A DNA stretch of 64,000 nucleotides from assembly GCA_049695115.1 (NCBI GenBank), contig JBAVRP010000030.1, forward strand, positions 905 to 64,904. Reading direction: 5' to 3'. Below the pieces are notes generated by a model that saw only the letters and a program-made list of their open reading frames with translations, was not told the DNA's origin and searched no databases. This DNA is from Burkholderiales bacterium (lineage in GTDB: Bacteria; Pseudomonadota; Gammaproteobacteria; Burkholderiales; JBEEJL01). Shown here in pieces: positions 10,502 through 20,731 of the stretch (the stretch's first letter is position 1; each line of letters starts with the position of its first letter). The position numbers and the translations under genes were made by a program.

Positions 10502-10941
10502 GTGTCCACCGAACCCTGCAGTTCGTCGGCACGCTGCAAAAACGCTTCGACAAAAGTATTCGCTATGTAATGGAACACCGGTCCAAATAATTTCTCCAGC
10601 AAGCGATTCGAAAACTCATATTCAAGATCAAATTCAATCCGGCACGCTTCGGCAGACAGCGGCTTGAAATGCCAATGCCCCACCATGTGTTTGAACGGCC
10701 CGCTCTCCAACTCGATGTGCATCCACTCGTGCCCCACTTTGCGGTTGCGCGTAGCGAAGCTCTGCTTAATGCCGTGATAATCGATTTTAATCACGGCATG
10801 GGTCATCTCGTCGTTGCGGCCGACAACCTCGGTGCCGCCGCACCAGGGCAGGAATTCCGGATATTTTTCCACCGCATCCACTAGCCGAAACATGGTCTCC
10901 GCCGGGTGGGATACGAGCATGGATTTTTTTACTTGTGCCAT
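10498..10941 (-). CDS. ratA: SRPBCC-fold ribosome-association toxin RatA/YfjG family protein
   Basis: 147 aa (VEKYPEFLPWC...). Sits in the conserved smpB-divergent ratA-rnfH arrangement. Confidence 0.85.
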   Translation of the reverse strand: MAQVKKSMLVSHPAETMFRLVDAVEKYPEFLPWCGGTEVVGRNDEMTHAVIKIDYHGIKQSFATRNRKVGHEWMHIELESGPFKHMVGHWHFKPLSAEACRIEFDLEYEFSNRLLEKLFGPVFHYIANTFVEAFLQRADELQGSVDT

Positions 10942-11029
10942 GGCTTTGAATGTTTGAAAAGTTTGTTGGGTAAAGCTGATAAAATAACCTATTGTCTGAC
11001 AAAACTCACGACTTGTTTATTCCCGCCTC

Positions 11030-11482
11030 ATGAGCATTGCCCAAAACAAAAAAGCCTTTCACGATTATTTCATCGAGGAAAAATACGAAGCCGGCATTGC
11101 GCTTGAAGGCTGGGAAGTCAAAGCCATCCGCGCGGCGCGGGCGCAACTCAAGGAAGCCTACGTCATCATCCGCAACGGCGAACTATTTATCATCGGCTGT
11201 CACATAAGCCCGTTGCTCACCGCTTCCACGCACATTACGCCCGACCCGGTGCGCACGCGCAAACTGCTGTTGCACAATGAAGAAATCGGCAAGCTGATCG
11301 TCAAAGTTGAGCGCGCCGGCTACACCATTGTCCCGCTCAATCTGCATTTCAAGAAAGGTCGCATCAAACTTGAAATCGGCCTCGCCAAGGGCAAAAAACA
11401 GCACGACAAACGCGATACCGAAAAAGATCGCGAGTGGCAGCGCGAAAAACAGCGGGTGATGAAGACCAATGCAAAAAGTTGA
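11030..11482 (+). CDS. smpB: SsrA-binding protein
   Basis: 150 aa. [25 protein letters not shown] and a basic C-terminal tail. Confidence 0.95.
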   Translation: MSIAQNKKAFHDYFIEEKYEAGIALEGWEVKAIRAARAQLKEAYVIIRNGELFIIGCHISPLLTASTHITPDPVRTRKLLLHNEEIGKLIVKVERAGYTIVPLNLHFKKGRIKLEIGLAKGKKQHDKRDTEKDREWQREKQRVMKTNAKS

Positions 11483-11601
11483 ATTTAATCAATTAGTTAA
11501 AATAATTATTGTATGGCAATAAAACCCGGCAGTGCGGGCATATACTAATTCCCGTCCACTCGTTACGATAACGCGATCATTCATCAAAAGGCGTTCCTGT
11601 C

Positions 11602-12360
11602 ATGAAATATCTCGATATGTTCAAACTCGATAACAAAGTGGCTTTCGTCACCGGCGGGTCGCGCGGACTGGGGCTGGAGATTGCCGAAGCCTTGCGCGAA
11701 GCGGGCGCGAAGGTCGCGCTTATGGCGCGGCGCGAAGCGTATTTCGCCGAAGCGCTCGAATCAATTCCCGACGCACTGTGCATCATTGGCGATGTGTCGT
11801 CGGAAGACGACGTGAAGCGCGCGGTGGCAGAGTGCGAAGCCAACCTCGGTGCGGTGGATATCCTGGTCAACGCTGCAGGTATTTCGTGGGGCGCGCCGGC
11901 GGTTGAGATGCCGGCGGAAAAATTCCGCCAGGTCATGCAGGTGAATGTCGACGGCTCGTTTTACGCAGCCAAAGCCGTCGCGCCGGGCATGATCAAAAAG
12001 GGCTACGGAAAAATCATCAACATCGCGTCGGTCGCCGGTATCAAAGGCGAACCGGCTGATGTGCTCGATGCAGTCGGTTACAGCAGCAGCAAAGCCGCGG
12101 TCATCGGCATGACGCGCGATCTCGCCAACAAATGGGGCAAGCACGGCATACGTGTCAACGCCATCGCGCCGGGATTTTTTCCGACCAAGATGACGGAAAA
12201 AGTCATCCCGCGAATCACGGAGCGATTACAGGAACACAACCCGCTCAAGCGCGCCGGCAAGCCGGGTGAATTGGGCGGCGCGGGATTATTTCTCGCCAGC
12301 GCGGCGTCCGATTATGTCAACGGCCACACGCTGGTCGTCGATGGCGGCGGAGTCGCCTGA
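11602..12360 (+). CDS. SDR family oxidoreductase
   Basis: 252 aa. TGGSRGLG Rossmann motif and the YSSSK catalytic motif. Confidence 0.85.
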   Translation: MKYLDMFKLDNKVAFVTGGSRGLGLEIAEALREAGAKVALMARREAYFAEALESIPDALCIIGDVSSEDDVKRAVAECEANLGAVDILVNAAGISWGAPAVEMPAEKFRQVMQVNVDGSFYAAKAVAPGMIKKGYGKIINIASVAGIKGEPADVLDAVGYSSSKAAVIGMTRDLANKWGKHGIRVNAIAPGFFPTKMTEKVIPRITERLQEHNPLKRAGKPGELGGAGLFLASAASDYVNGHTLVVDGGGVA

Positions 12361-13427
12361 TGCACGAGCAATTCATCGGGACCATGGCGGTGCACGATAA
12401 GCACCGCTTCGACATCGCCGCGCTGGAAAAATATTTGCGCAGCCATGTCGAAAGTTACAATGGCCCGCTGACGGTCGAGCAATTCAAAGGCGGCCAATCG
12501 AATCCCACTTTCAAGCTCATCACGCCGCAAAAAAAATATGTCATGCGCGCCAAGCCGGGACCAGCGGCGAAGTTATTGCCGTCTGCGCACGCGGTAGACC
12601 GCGAATACCGTGTGCTCACGGCTCTTTATGGCAGCGACGTGCCGGTGCCGAAAACCTGGGCTCTGTGTGAAGACGAAAACATCATCGGTCGCGCGTTTTA
12701 CATCATGGATTGCATCGACGGCCGCGTGTTGTGGGATCCCACCCTGCCCGGCTTTTCAAATAGCGAACGTAGTACGGTATATGACGAAATGAACCGCGTC
12801 ATCGCCGCACTGCATAAAGCCGATTACGCCAGAATCGGCTTGGCCGATTACGGCAAACCGGGCAATTATTTCGCCCGCCAGATTGCGCGTTGGAGCAAAC
12901 AATATAAAGCGTCGGAAACGGAAAAAATCGAAGCGATGGACAAGCTCATCGAATGGCTGCCGCAGAATATTCCGACCGACGAGGAGTCGAGCATTGTTCA
13001 CGGCGATTACCGCCTCGACAATATGATCTTCCATCCGACCGAGCCGAAAATCCTGGCGATTCTCGACTGGGAACTTTCCACGCTCGGCCACCCGTTAGCG
13101 GATTTTTCCTATCACTGCATGACCTGGAATCTTTCCGCCGAAGAATTTCGCGGCATGGCGGGCGTCGATTTAACCAGCCTCGGCATTCCCACGCAGGACG
13201 AATACGTCGCCATGTATTGCCGGCGCACCGGTCGCAGCAAAATCGACAACTGGGATTTTTACATGGCGTACAACATGTTCCGCCTCGCCGGCATTCTGCA
13301 AGGGATCATGGGCCGCGTCGTCGATGGCACGGCGGCGAGTTTGCAAGCCGCCGAATCGGGCAAGCGCGCACGCCCGATGGCCGAAGCCGGGTGGCGCCAA
13401 GTAGAAAAAATACTGTTGCAAAAGTAG
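12360..13427 (+). CDS. phosphotransferase (APH/ACAD10-11 N-terminal kinase-like) family protein
   Basis: 355 aa. HGDYRLDNMIF Brenner motif and ILDWELSTLGHP. TGATG overlap with the upstream SDR; an acyl-CoA dehydrogenase follows. Confidence 0.85.
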   Translation: MHEQFIGTMAVHDKHRFDIAALEKYLRSHVESYNGPLTVEQFKGGQSNPTFKLITPQKKYVMRAKPGPAAKLLPSAHAVDREYRVLTALYGSDVPVPKTWALCEDENIIGRAFYIMDCIDGRVLWDPTLPGFSNSERSTVYDEMNRVIAALHKADYARIGLADYGKPGNYFARQIARWSKQYKASETEKIEAMDKLIEWLPQNIPTDEESSIVHGDYRLDNMIFHPTEPKILAILDWELSTLGHPLADFSYHCMTWNLSAEEFRGMAGVDLTSLGIPTQDEYVAMYCRRTGRSKIDNWDFYMAYNMFRLAGILQGIMGRVVDGTAASLQAAESGKRARPMAEAGWRQVEKILLQK

Positions 13428-13472
13428 TTGTAACTATTTGTTTTAATTTAATAATTAATTAACGGAGCTAAA

Positions 13473-14675
13473 ATGGATTTCGCCTACTCGCCAAAAGTTA
13501 AAGACCTGCAATCGCGTCTCAATGGATTCATGGAAAAAAATATTTATCCGAACGAACAGCTGTTCCACGATCAGGTAGCGCAAGGCGATCGCTGGCAACC
13601 GACGGAAATTATCGAAGAATTGAAAACCAAAGCGCGCGCTGAAGGATTGTGGAATTTATTTTTACCTGAATCGCCGCGCGGCGCTGGCCTGACCAATCTG
13701 GAATACGCGCCGTTGTGCGAAATAATGGGCCGCTCGCCAATTGGGCCGGAAGCATTCAACTGCTCTGCCCCGGACACCGGCAACATGGAAACCATCGAGC
13801 GTTACGGCAACGACGAACATAAAAAGCAATGGCTCGCGCCCCTGCTCGAAGGCAAAATCCGTTCTGCGTTTTGCATGACCGAGCCGGCCGTCGCCTCAAG
13901 TGATGCGACCAATATCGAAAGCAGCATCGCGCGCGACGGCAACGATTACGTCATCAACGGCACCAAATGGTGGAGCTCGGGCGCGGGCGACCCGCGCTGC
14001 AAGATTCTTATCTTCATGGGCAAAACCAACCCCGAAGCGCCGCGCCACTCGCAGCAATCGATGGTGTTGGTGCCGATGGACGCCAAGGGCATCCACGTCA
14101 AACGCTTCCTGCCCGTGTTCGGCTACGACGACGCGCCGCATGGCCACATGGAAATCGATTTCAAAAATGTGCGCGTGCCGGTAACCAATATTCTGCTCGG
14201 CGAAGGCCGCGGATTTGAAATTGCCCAAGGCCGCTTAGGCCCCGGACGCATACACCACTGCATGCGCTTAATCGGCCTCGCAGAGCGCGCGCTGGAGAAA
14301 ATGTGCCGCCGCGCCAAAACCCGCGTTGCTTTCGGCAAACCTGTGTCGGAGCAAGGCGTCACACTCGAGCGCATCGCCGAATCGCGTATCCTCATCGACC
14401 AGGCGCGCTGGCTCACGCTGAACGCCGCCTACATGATGGACACCGCAGGTAACAAATTCGCCAAAGCCGAAATCGCCATGATCAAAGTCGCCGCGCCCAA
14501 CATGGCGCTGCAGGTTATCGACTGGGCCATGCAAGTCCACGGCGCAGCCGGTGTCTGCGACGACTTCGGCCTCGCCCAAGCCTACGCACATGCACGCACA
14601 CTACGCCTGGCCGACGGCCCGGATGAAGTGCATCGCAATGCGATTGCGAAATTGGAGTTGGGGAAATATCTATAA
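13473..14675 (+). CDS. acyl-CoA dehydrogenase
   Basis: 400 aa. [23 protein letters not shown]-terminal [10 protein letters not shown]. Confidence 0.9.
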   Translation: MDFAYSPKVKDLQSRLNGFMEKNIYPNEQLFHDQVAQGDRWQPTEIIEELKTKARAEGLWNLFLPESPRGAGLTNLEYAPLCEIMGRSPIGPEAFNCSAPDTGNMETIERYGNDEHKKQWLAPLLEGKIRSAFCMTEPAVASSDATNIESSIARDGNDYVINGTKWWSSGAGDPRCKILIFMGKTNPEAPRHSQQSMVLVPMDAKGIHVKRFLPVFGYDDAPHGHMEIDFKNVRVPVTNILLGEGRGFEIAQGRLGPGRIHHCMRLIGLAERALEKMCRRAKTRVAFGKPVSEQGVTLERIAESRILIDQARWLTLNAAYMMDTAGNKFAKAEIAMIKVAAPNMALQVIDWAMQVHGAAGVCDDFGLAQAYAHARTLRLADGPDEVHRNAIAKLELGKYL

Positions 14676-14681
14676 ATAAAA

Positions 14682-14762
14682 TGTAGCCTGGATGGAGCGT
14701 AGCGGAATCCGGGTTTCGTTGATTCATATTCCCAGGACTGCGCGAAGCTTCATCCGGCTACA
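14682..14762. repeat. MITE/REP-like palindromic element (TGTAGCCTGGATG ... CATCCGGCTACA)
   Basis: The terminal inverted repeats were read directly. A half copy recurs at about 35405-35436. Confidence 0.7.
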
Positions 14763-14798
14763 GTTGATATTGATTAAAATCTTCAATGGAGTTCGATA

Positions 14799-15320
14799 AT
14801 GCAAATTGATTGGGCGGTAGTAGCCGCAACACTTTTAGGACCGATCTTCGCCGTTTGGGCTTCCGAATGGAGGCAGGCTCGGCGTGCTAAGCATGAGCGT
14901 AAGGAATGGGTATTCCGCACTCTGATGAGTACTCGTGCAGCGAGACTTCGTATTGAGCATGTTTCCGCAATAAACCAAATCGACTTTGCCTTTCCTCGTA
15001 AATCCTGTGCAGATGTTCAAGATGCATGGGGTTTATACCGGCAGCAATTGAGACATCCTGACGCATTTTCAGAAGATAATGCTGTGAATAAAGCATGGCA
15101 AACAAAAGCAAACGAATTGCTTGCCAAACTATTACATAAAATGGCAATAGATTTGAAGATTCCATTTTCAGAAACTGAGATAACAGATAACTCTTATTAC
15201 CCTGACGCATATGTGAATGACGAACTTATGAACCAGGAAACAAAACATTTAGTCCTCCAAGTTCTCAGAGATGGACGGCCTATCAACATCAGGCCAATTG
15301 TTGATGGCAAGCAACCTTAA
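14799..15320 (+). CDS. hypothetical protein with N-terminal TM helix (orphan, AT-rich)
   Basis: 173 aa. N-terminus VVAATLLGPIFAVWASEW. No recognisable catalytic motif. Visibly AT-rich codon usage compared with its neighbours. Confidence 0.55.
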   Translation: MQIDWAVVAATLLGPIFAVWASEWRQARRAKHERKEWVFRTLMSTRAARLRIEHVSAINQIDFAFPRKSCADVQDAWGLYRQQLRHPDAFSEDNAVNKAWQTKANELLAKLLHKMAIDLKIPFSETEITDNSYYPDAYVNDELMNQETKHLVLQVLRDGRPINIRPIVDGKQP

Positions 15321-15398
15321 GAAGCGCAAGTTTTAAGGAGGGCAAAGAGCAGCTTGCCCACGCTACAAAAATTATTCTACTGACGAGCCAAACAAAGT

Positions 15399-15430
15399 AA
15401 AAACGGACTTCCTTGGAAGTCCGTTTTTTT
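15399..15430. terminator. Bidirectional rho-independent terminator
   Basis: AAAA-ACGGACTTC-cttg-GAAGTCCGT-TTTTTT, between convergent genes ending at 15320 (+) and 15455 (-). Confidence 0.85.
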
Positions 15431-15454
15431 GAATCGCCATCACGTATTCAATCA

Positions 15455-18400
15455 TCAATGCAACTTACGCCTGCGCAACTGTATCAACGCGCCCCCCGCT
15501 AATAATAGCAACATTGGATCAAACGGTGCATCACTACCAGCCAAGACACAACCTCCTCCACCACCTCCGCTAGACGAAGGCACAGGTGTCGGCGCAGGGG
15601 TGGGTGTTGGCGTTGGCGTTGGTGTTGGCGTTGGTGTTGGCGTTGGTGTTGGTGTTGGTGTTGGTGTTGGTGTTGGTGTTGGTGTTGGTGTTGGCGTTGG
15701 CGTTGGCGTTGGTGTTGGCGTTGGTGTCGGCGCAACAGTTGAAACTCCGCTCAAAGCTATTTGAACTGTTATTGGCTTTCCATCCGTCGTAATGGTCAAA
15801 ATACCAGACTGCGTTCCTAATGTAGTCGGCAAGAATGTTACATTGAAAGTCGCAGATGATCCGCGCGGAATCAGGCCGTTGGTCAAATTAGTTCTGAAAG
15901 CCTGTGCATTATCGATACTCAAACTGGTAATGGAGACATCGCTATTACCTGTATTGGATAAATTAAACTGAAGGGCTTTGCTACTCGATTGCACTACAGA
16001 GCCAAAATCAATTTGGGTAACATTTGGTGAAATGTTCCCAGTAAGTACGCGCGCACCTGCACGATGCATAATGGCTGCTGTTGCCGCATTCGGATTGAGT
16101 TCAATCGCCGTCGTACTGGTTGGGGCACCTGTTGTAGCGACTGGAATGCGGTAAGCTTTCCTACCTTTAGTAGCGTCCGGCGCAATAAGCGTTATGAAGT
16201 CATCATTACCCCAAAAGCTCGGGAGGCTACCGGTGTTCAACCCATTGCTTCCAAGATTAAACACACGATGAGGTGTTTGGTGCTCTAAGTCAAAAGAATA
16301 GACAGAATAATTTACATTGGCAGGGTCTCGAAAGTCATTGACGTCAAACGCAATGACGTTTCGGTTATTGGTCGCAAAGACTGGGTTGCCGATATCAAGT
16401 CCTGGGTCTTGGCTAGGGATCAAATATTGCAATTGACGCGTCAAAATATCTGATCGGCCGATGGTCCAATAACGGTAACCGCCACTTGTTGGCGTGCAAG
16501 CATTACTGGGTAACGATATGCAATTGAGGGCATCGAAAATGATATAGCGGCCAGCGTAATCAAAATTCAGCGAGTCAGCAAACAGTACTGTGTTCTGCGC
16601 AGCCGCTCCGCTCTGGTAGTTTTCCGATGTCAAGGTAATATCAAAATTACTTGCCCCCGAAGCATCGCTCAAATCCAGAACATGGATATGATTATCCGTA
16701 ACGCTAGTAGTAGTAAAAGCGAAATAACGAAAGTCTGGCGATATAGCGATACTGTTATATGCCCCAGTCGTTGTTATGGTATTTCTGCTAATGAGATTGA
16801 ATGTAGCAGGGTCAAACTCCGTCACTTGTATATTCCCAGCAGTATCAAGATACAAAATATCAGTCAACGTCTGGTTACTTGCGTTTTTATACGATATGAC
16901 TGCAGGTCGCTTATGTGCCACATTGAGAGCCACCGAGTTAGCAGGGCCTCTAGTATTTGTCGCGTCGTAACCTGCAAACGGCACCGCCATTTTTTGAACA
17001 TAGATGTCATACGATTCTGAAGAGGGTACAAACGGGATGATTGGTTTGGTCAGGTACACCATCAAGTCGCTACCGGCGGCAGAATCTGTTGATGTTGGCG
17101 TAGATGGTGGGTTGATATTGTCCGTAACTTCCACCAAGTCCCACGCCTTGGCCACAGCCACTTCGTCGCCAGGAAATAAATCTTTTGCTGCTTGAATCGT
17201 TGCGCGGCGCGCGTCAATGAATTGCGACGATTGCACAAGATAGGTCGTCAGAGCGCGGTAGTAAATTTTTTCGGTATGCGCGCGACCAATGCTTGTGCCG
17301 AGGCCTTCTGCAGTAAGCCCTTCTGCAATCAAATACGCTGCGCGATTCGGTATGCCACTATTGACGTGTACCCCACCATTATCTCCTGCTTTTGTCTGAG
17401 GCAATCGTTGATAATCACTCATTTTCGTCGGCTGCGGATCTTGACTAAGCCCAGGATTTGCCAAACTACGAAGGTAAAAAGGCGCTTTTTTTACGCAGCC
17501 GTCGCCAACTGTCCACTTTCTACCGTCCACAATGGCACCAAATACGTCAGCGAATGATTCGTTTAATGCCCCGCTCTGATTTTGGTAAATCAAACCTGCA
17601 GAATTCTGTATGACGCCATGAGTCATCTCATGGGCGGCCACGTCGAGACACGCAGCTAAATTGCTAAATGTTGTACCTCCGTCTCCATAAAACATATTTG
17701 TACCATCCCAATATGCCTGGTCTAGATTTTGTCCAACATGGATTACCGCTTGCAGCGTTCCATTTTTGTCATCAATACTATTTCTGCCGTGCGTATTTTT
17801 ATAGTAGTCATAGACTCTTCTCGTGTTATATGCGGCACTAACAGCCGCAGGATCCCATATGTTAAGTGAACTAGTAATCACGAAGTTAACTGGATCTAGA
17901 GTATTCCCCGCAGTCTCGATAAATGTATCGCTACGCGGATTGCCCGCTATCAACGAAGCAACCGGATCGTAGTTCACACCATCGGCAGCAGCACTTGGAG
18001 TAGTCGGATCAATCAAGTAGAACCCTCCATTGGCTGACCAAGCGGTAAAGCTGCGCTGCACTCCATTCAAATCGGTGCCACTTGCAGTTACTACTGCACT
18101 TTGAATATTATCAATGCGATCAATTACCTTGCCGGTTTTGGCATCGACAAAATGAATCCAGTTTTGGTTTAACGCGGGCTTGGTCACTACTTTATACGCC
18201 AACGTCATCGCACCCTTCTCGGCGGTATGGATGACTAATTCGCTAACGGGTGCTGGCATTTTATTCACGCCCAAACCGAGATCTTTGAACACGGCGCTCT
18301 GCGCGGCATCAATCGTAATACTGGGGCGAGTTTCGATTGCGCTCGGTGTCGGTTCGTGACGGCCTTGCAGCAAGGTGACTTCGCGTTGGCCGTCCATGTG

Positions 18401-19099
18401 TACCAGCAACTCTTTGCCGAATAACGGAATGCCCTTATAGGTTTGCTGAAAACGCAAATGGGTGTGGCCGTTGGCTTCAATATTTTCGCGCGTGAGTTTT
18501 ACTTCGGCACTGGGGTCGTCCATTTTCAACAGCGCGCGATTATCAGCGAGGAATTTTTTGGCCAGCGTGTGCGCGGTCTCCTTTTGTACAACAACTTCTT
18601 TTTTCGCTACAGAACTTTTAGGCAGCGAGAGATGGGAGATCGTGCCATTACGCTGGTCAAAATGCGCTTCGACTCCGCCGCTTGCTTGATGGGCGTTGTT
18701 CAGTGCGCGAACTTGCGCGTGTTGCTCGGCGTTGACGTGCGAAGCTGCGGCAGTAACTGTCGGCGCGGAGACAGTTTGTGTGCGCGTATATAACTCCCGC
18801 AATTTGCCGCCCAGATTATCCGCCTGCCGCAAAGATTCGACATGTGCGCGAGGCGCAACACGATTGGCTTTTTGTTGCCACCCAGTTTCGCGTGTAGAGC
18901 GGTATTTTGTCATTTCCGATAATTTCGCCGCATGTTGTTCAGCGGTTAACGAAAAACTTTTCTGTCGATTCGGTTGCGGCGTATCCGTTGCAGAAAATCC
19001 CGCGAGAAAAACTACTGAAGTAATCACTGCACCATTAAGTAATATTTTTGATTTGCGCGACTTATTCATTTCGTTCTCTCTCCGACTATTGAGTTTCAC
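15455..19099 (-). CDS. M4 (thermolysin-like) zinc metallopeptidase with FTP/PepSY propeptide, C-terminal propeller-like region, choice-of-anchor-D-like Ig domain, (TP)n linker and C-terminal sorting signal
   Basis: 1214 aa. Signal/TM segment at the N-terminus. FTP motif [20 protein letters not shown] as AAHEMTHGV, with the third zinc ligand in GALNESFAD. Tail reads [40 protein letters not shown]. Confidence 0.9.
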   Translation of the reverse strand: MKLNSRRENEMNKSRKSKILLNGAVITSVVFLAGFSATDTPQPNRQKSFSLTAEQHAAKLSEMTKYRSTRETGWQQKANRVAPRAHVESLRQADNLGGKLRELYTRTQTVSAPTVTAAASHVNAEQHAQVRALNNAHQASGGVEAHFDQRNGTISHLSLPKSSVAKKEVVVQKETAHTLAKKFLADNRALLKMDDPSAEVKLTRENIEANGHTHLRFQQTYKGIPLFGKELLVHMDGQREVTLLQGRHEPTPSAIETRPSITIDAAQSAVFKDLGLGVNKMPAPVSELVIHTAEKGAMTLAYKVVTKPALNQNWIHFVDAKTGKVIDRIDNIQSAVVTASGTDLNGVQRSFTAWSANGGFYLIDPTTPSAAADGVNYDPVASLIAGNPRSDTFIETAGNTLDPVNFVITSSLNIWDPAAVSAAYNTRRVYDYYKNTHGRNSIDDKNGTLQAVIHVGQNLDQAYWDGTNMFYGDGGTTFSNLAACLDVAAHEMTHGVIQNSAGLIYQNQSGALNESFADVFGAIVDGRKWTVGDGCVKKAPFYLRSLANPGLSQDPQPTKMSDYQRLPQTKAGDNGGVHVNSGIPNRAAYLIAEGLTAEGLGTSIGRAHTEKIYYRALTTYLVQSSQFIDARRATIQAAKDLFPGDEVAVAKAWDLVEVTDNINPPSTPTSTDSAAGSDLMVYLTKPIIPFVPSSESYDIYVQKMAVPFAGYDATNTRGPANSVALNVAHKRPAVISYKNASNQTLTDILYLDTAGNIQVTEFDPATFNLISRNTITTTGAYNSIAISPDFRYFAFTTTSVTDNHIHVLDLSDASGASNFDITLTSENYQSGAAAQNTVLFADSLNFDYAGRYIIFDALNCISLPSNACTPTSGGYRYWTIGRSDILTRQLQYLIPSQDPGLDIGNPVFATNNRNVIAFDVNDFRDPANVNYSVYSFDLEHQTPHRVFNLGSNGLNTGSLPSFWGNDDFITLIAPDATKGRKAYRIPVATTGAPTSTTAIELNPNAATAAIMHRAGARVLTGNISPNVTQIDFGSVVQSSSKALQFNLSNTGNSDVSITSLSIDNAQAFRTNLTNGLIPRGSSATFNVTFLPTTLGTQSGILTITTDGKPITVQIALSGVSTVAPTPTPTPTPTPTPTPTPTPTPTPTPTPTPTPTPTPTPTPTPTPTPAPTPVPSSSGGGGGGCVLAGSDAPFDPMLLLLAGGALIQLRRRKLH
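15584..15733. repeat. Hexanucleotide tandem repeat (GGYGTT)n encoding the (TP)n linker of the M4 protease
   Basis: More than 20 near-identical tandem 6-bp units were read directly. They generate the artefactual (GV)n, (HQ)n and (LV)n ORFs in the other frames of the track. Confidence 0.9.
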
Positions 19100-19104
19100 A
19101 AGAT

Positions 19105-19719
19105 TTAATTTTGGCTGGGCGACGCTGAAATCTGATTCAACACCAAACCCGTTTCTGCATCAACAAACACCATGGTTCGACGCAAACTCTTCATAATGGT
19201 GATCATATGTACCAGACGTGGCGCGCCATCATGCATATAAACGTATAACTGGCTGTCCTGCGCTTTCCCACCTTCTCCCACCGCACTTGCCGCAGTATTA
19301 ATAGCGATGGTCTTAGCCAATTTCGGTTCGACCGAAATTTTTTGCGTGATTGGTTGAATACTGCCGGTGGTTGATGTCGCTACATTGTCAGCATTCAAAT
19401 GAACGAGGAGGAGTTGCCCCCACACCGGCACACCGTAATAACTCTGTTGAAAGCGAATGTGCTTTTGCCGCAAGTCATCGACGCGCTCACTTAAAAACGT
19501 CAATTCCTTGCAAGGATCGGTGACGCGATGCGCACCTGGGTTTGCTTTTAGATACGCTAGTGCTTGGCCTAAGTATTTAGCTTGATCCGGCTGTTGCGAA
19601 GTTTTGGCAGCGCAGAGATTGTCGGCGAGCAGGATAGAGTTGTCGGTGACACAGGCGGTTAAGATGGGCAACACAAACAACAGCGCAGGTCTGCGCCGAC
19701 GCGATTTTGATTTTTGCAT
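19105..19719 (-). CDS. lipoprotein consisting of a free-standing FTP + PepSY (M4 propeptide-like) module
   Basis: 204 aa. Lipobox LTAC after a basic signal peptide. [23 protein letters not shown] is paralogous to the protease FTP motif, and a PepSY-like C-terminus is present ([14 protein letters not shown]). Its stop is 5 bp upstream of the protease start. Confidence 0.75.
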   Translation of the reverse strand: MQKSKSRRRRPALLFVLPILTACVTDNSILLADNLCAAKTSQQPDQAKYLGQALAYLKANPGAHRVTDPCKELTFLSERVDDLRQKHIRFQQSYYGVPVWGQLLLVHLNADNVATSTTGSIQPITQKISVEPKLAKTIAINTAASAVGEGGKAQDSQLYVYMHDGAPRLVHMITIMKSLRRTMVFVDAETGLVLNQISASPSQN

Positions 19720-19853
19720 TTTTATCCTCCCTTGTTTTTCAGTAGCTTATAGGACTTCTTCGCCTTCTGTAATAAGGATTGTGTAAATCTTAGCCAAATC
19801 AAATCCGGCAAAAAAACATAAGTATTTGATTATACTTAATAAATTATAATCCC

Positions 19854-19875
19854 GCGTAGCGTGCGCGGTGCGCAC
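19854..19875. repeat. REP family A palindrome (GCGTAGCGTGCGCGGTGCGCAC)
   Basis: Related copies lie at 33624-33650, 34183-34205 and 35297-35323. Confidence 0.75.
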
Positions 19876-19879
19876 ATTT

Positions 19880-20731
19880 TTATTTTATCTGCAATGGATT
19901 GGTGGGATTGCGCTGATGCAAAATTTCATCAAAGCGCATTTGCACGGAGGGCAGGATACGGGGATGAGTGAGAATATAAAATTTGTCTTCAGCTATCGCA
20001 GCAAACACATCGTTGGCCACATCAGCTGCGGTTTTCTTACCCTTGATCAAAGCTTGTTTCAATAATTCATGACGAGCCTGTTGATCAGCAGAAATTTTTT
20101 CATTTGGGTTTTGCAAAGTATCAGGACGGTTGCGCGATGATTCACCGATGCCTGTATTGACGTATGCCGGGCATAATACGGCGGCGTGGATTTTCGCACC
20201 GACTTCGTTTAGGTCGTGATACAAGGTTTCCGTCAGCGCTACGACGCCGTGTTTGGAAACATTGTACGAGGCCGAAATAGTAGGTGTGAGCAGACCTGCC
20301 ACTGATGCCGTATTGATGACGTAACATTCGTCGCCTTGCGCCAACATGCGCGGCACGAAAATGCGTATGCCGTGAATTACGCCCCATAAATTGACGCCCA
20401 GCTCCCATTGCCAGTCGGCTTCGGTGGTTTCCCACGCTCGTTTGCCGCCCGCGACACCTGCGTTATTGAACAGCAAATGGCAGGCGCCGAATGTTTCGTA
20501 GGTTTTGTCGGCGAGGCGTTGTACGTCAGCGGTTTTCGACACATCGCATTTCACGCCGATTACTTCTGCGCCACTAGATTTTATTTCGGAAGTGGCTTGT
20601 TGAAGCGTGCGGTCTTCGATATCGGCGATAACGATCTTCATCCCTTCGCGCGCGCACACATCCGCGATGGCACGCCCTAGCCCGCTTGCGCCGCCGGTGA
20701 TGACGGCTACTTTGCCTTTAAGATTTCTCAT
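19880..20731 (-). CDS. SDR family oxidoreductase
   Basis: 283 aa. TGGASGLG and YNVSK motifs. Confidence 0.85.
   Translation of the reverse strand: MRNLKGKVAVITGGASGLGRAIADVCAREGMKIVIADIEDRTLQQATSEIKSSGAEVIGVKCDVSKTADVQRLADKTYETFGACHLLFNNAGVAGGKRAWETTEADWQWELGVNLWGVIHGIRIFVPRMLAQGDECYVINTASVAGLLTPTISASYNVSKHGVVALTETLYHDLNEVGAKIHAAVLCPAYVNTGIGESSRNRPDTLQNPNEKISADQQARHELLKQALIKGKKTAADVANDVFAAIAEDKFYILTHPRILPSVQMRFDEILHQRNPTNPLQIK

Noticed and set aside
15429-15792. ORFs encoding (GV)n, (HQ/RQ)n and (LV/LA)n repeats, and the possibility that the periodic region is a CRISPR array.
   Set aside because: They are alternative-frame readings of the (GGYGTT)n microsatellite that encodes the (TP)n linker of the M4 protease. 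The period is 6 bp with no spacers, so it is not a CRISPR. I found no repeat-spacer array anywhere in the window.
19819-19845. Interpreting the TATAAT embedded in the recurrent AT-rich motif as a shared -10 promoter element.
   Set aside because: Copies occur in both orientations regardless of flanking gene direction, and also in convergent 3' gaps (42208-42220, 50274-50286). A common promoter role does not fit. An IHF-site or REP-like interpretation is kept as a hypothesis instead.
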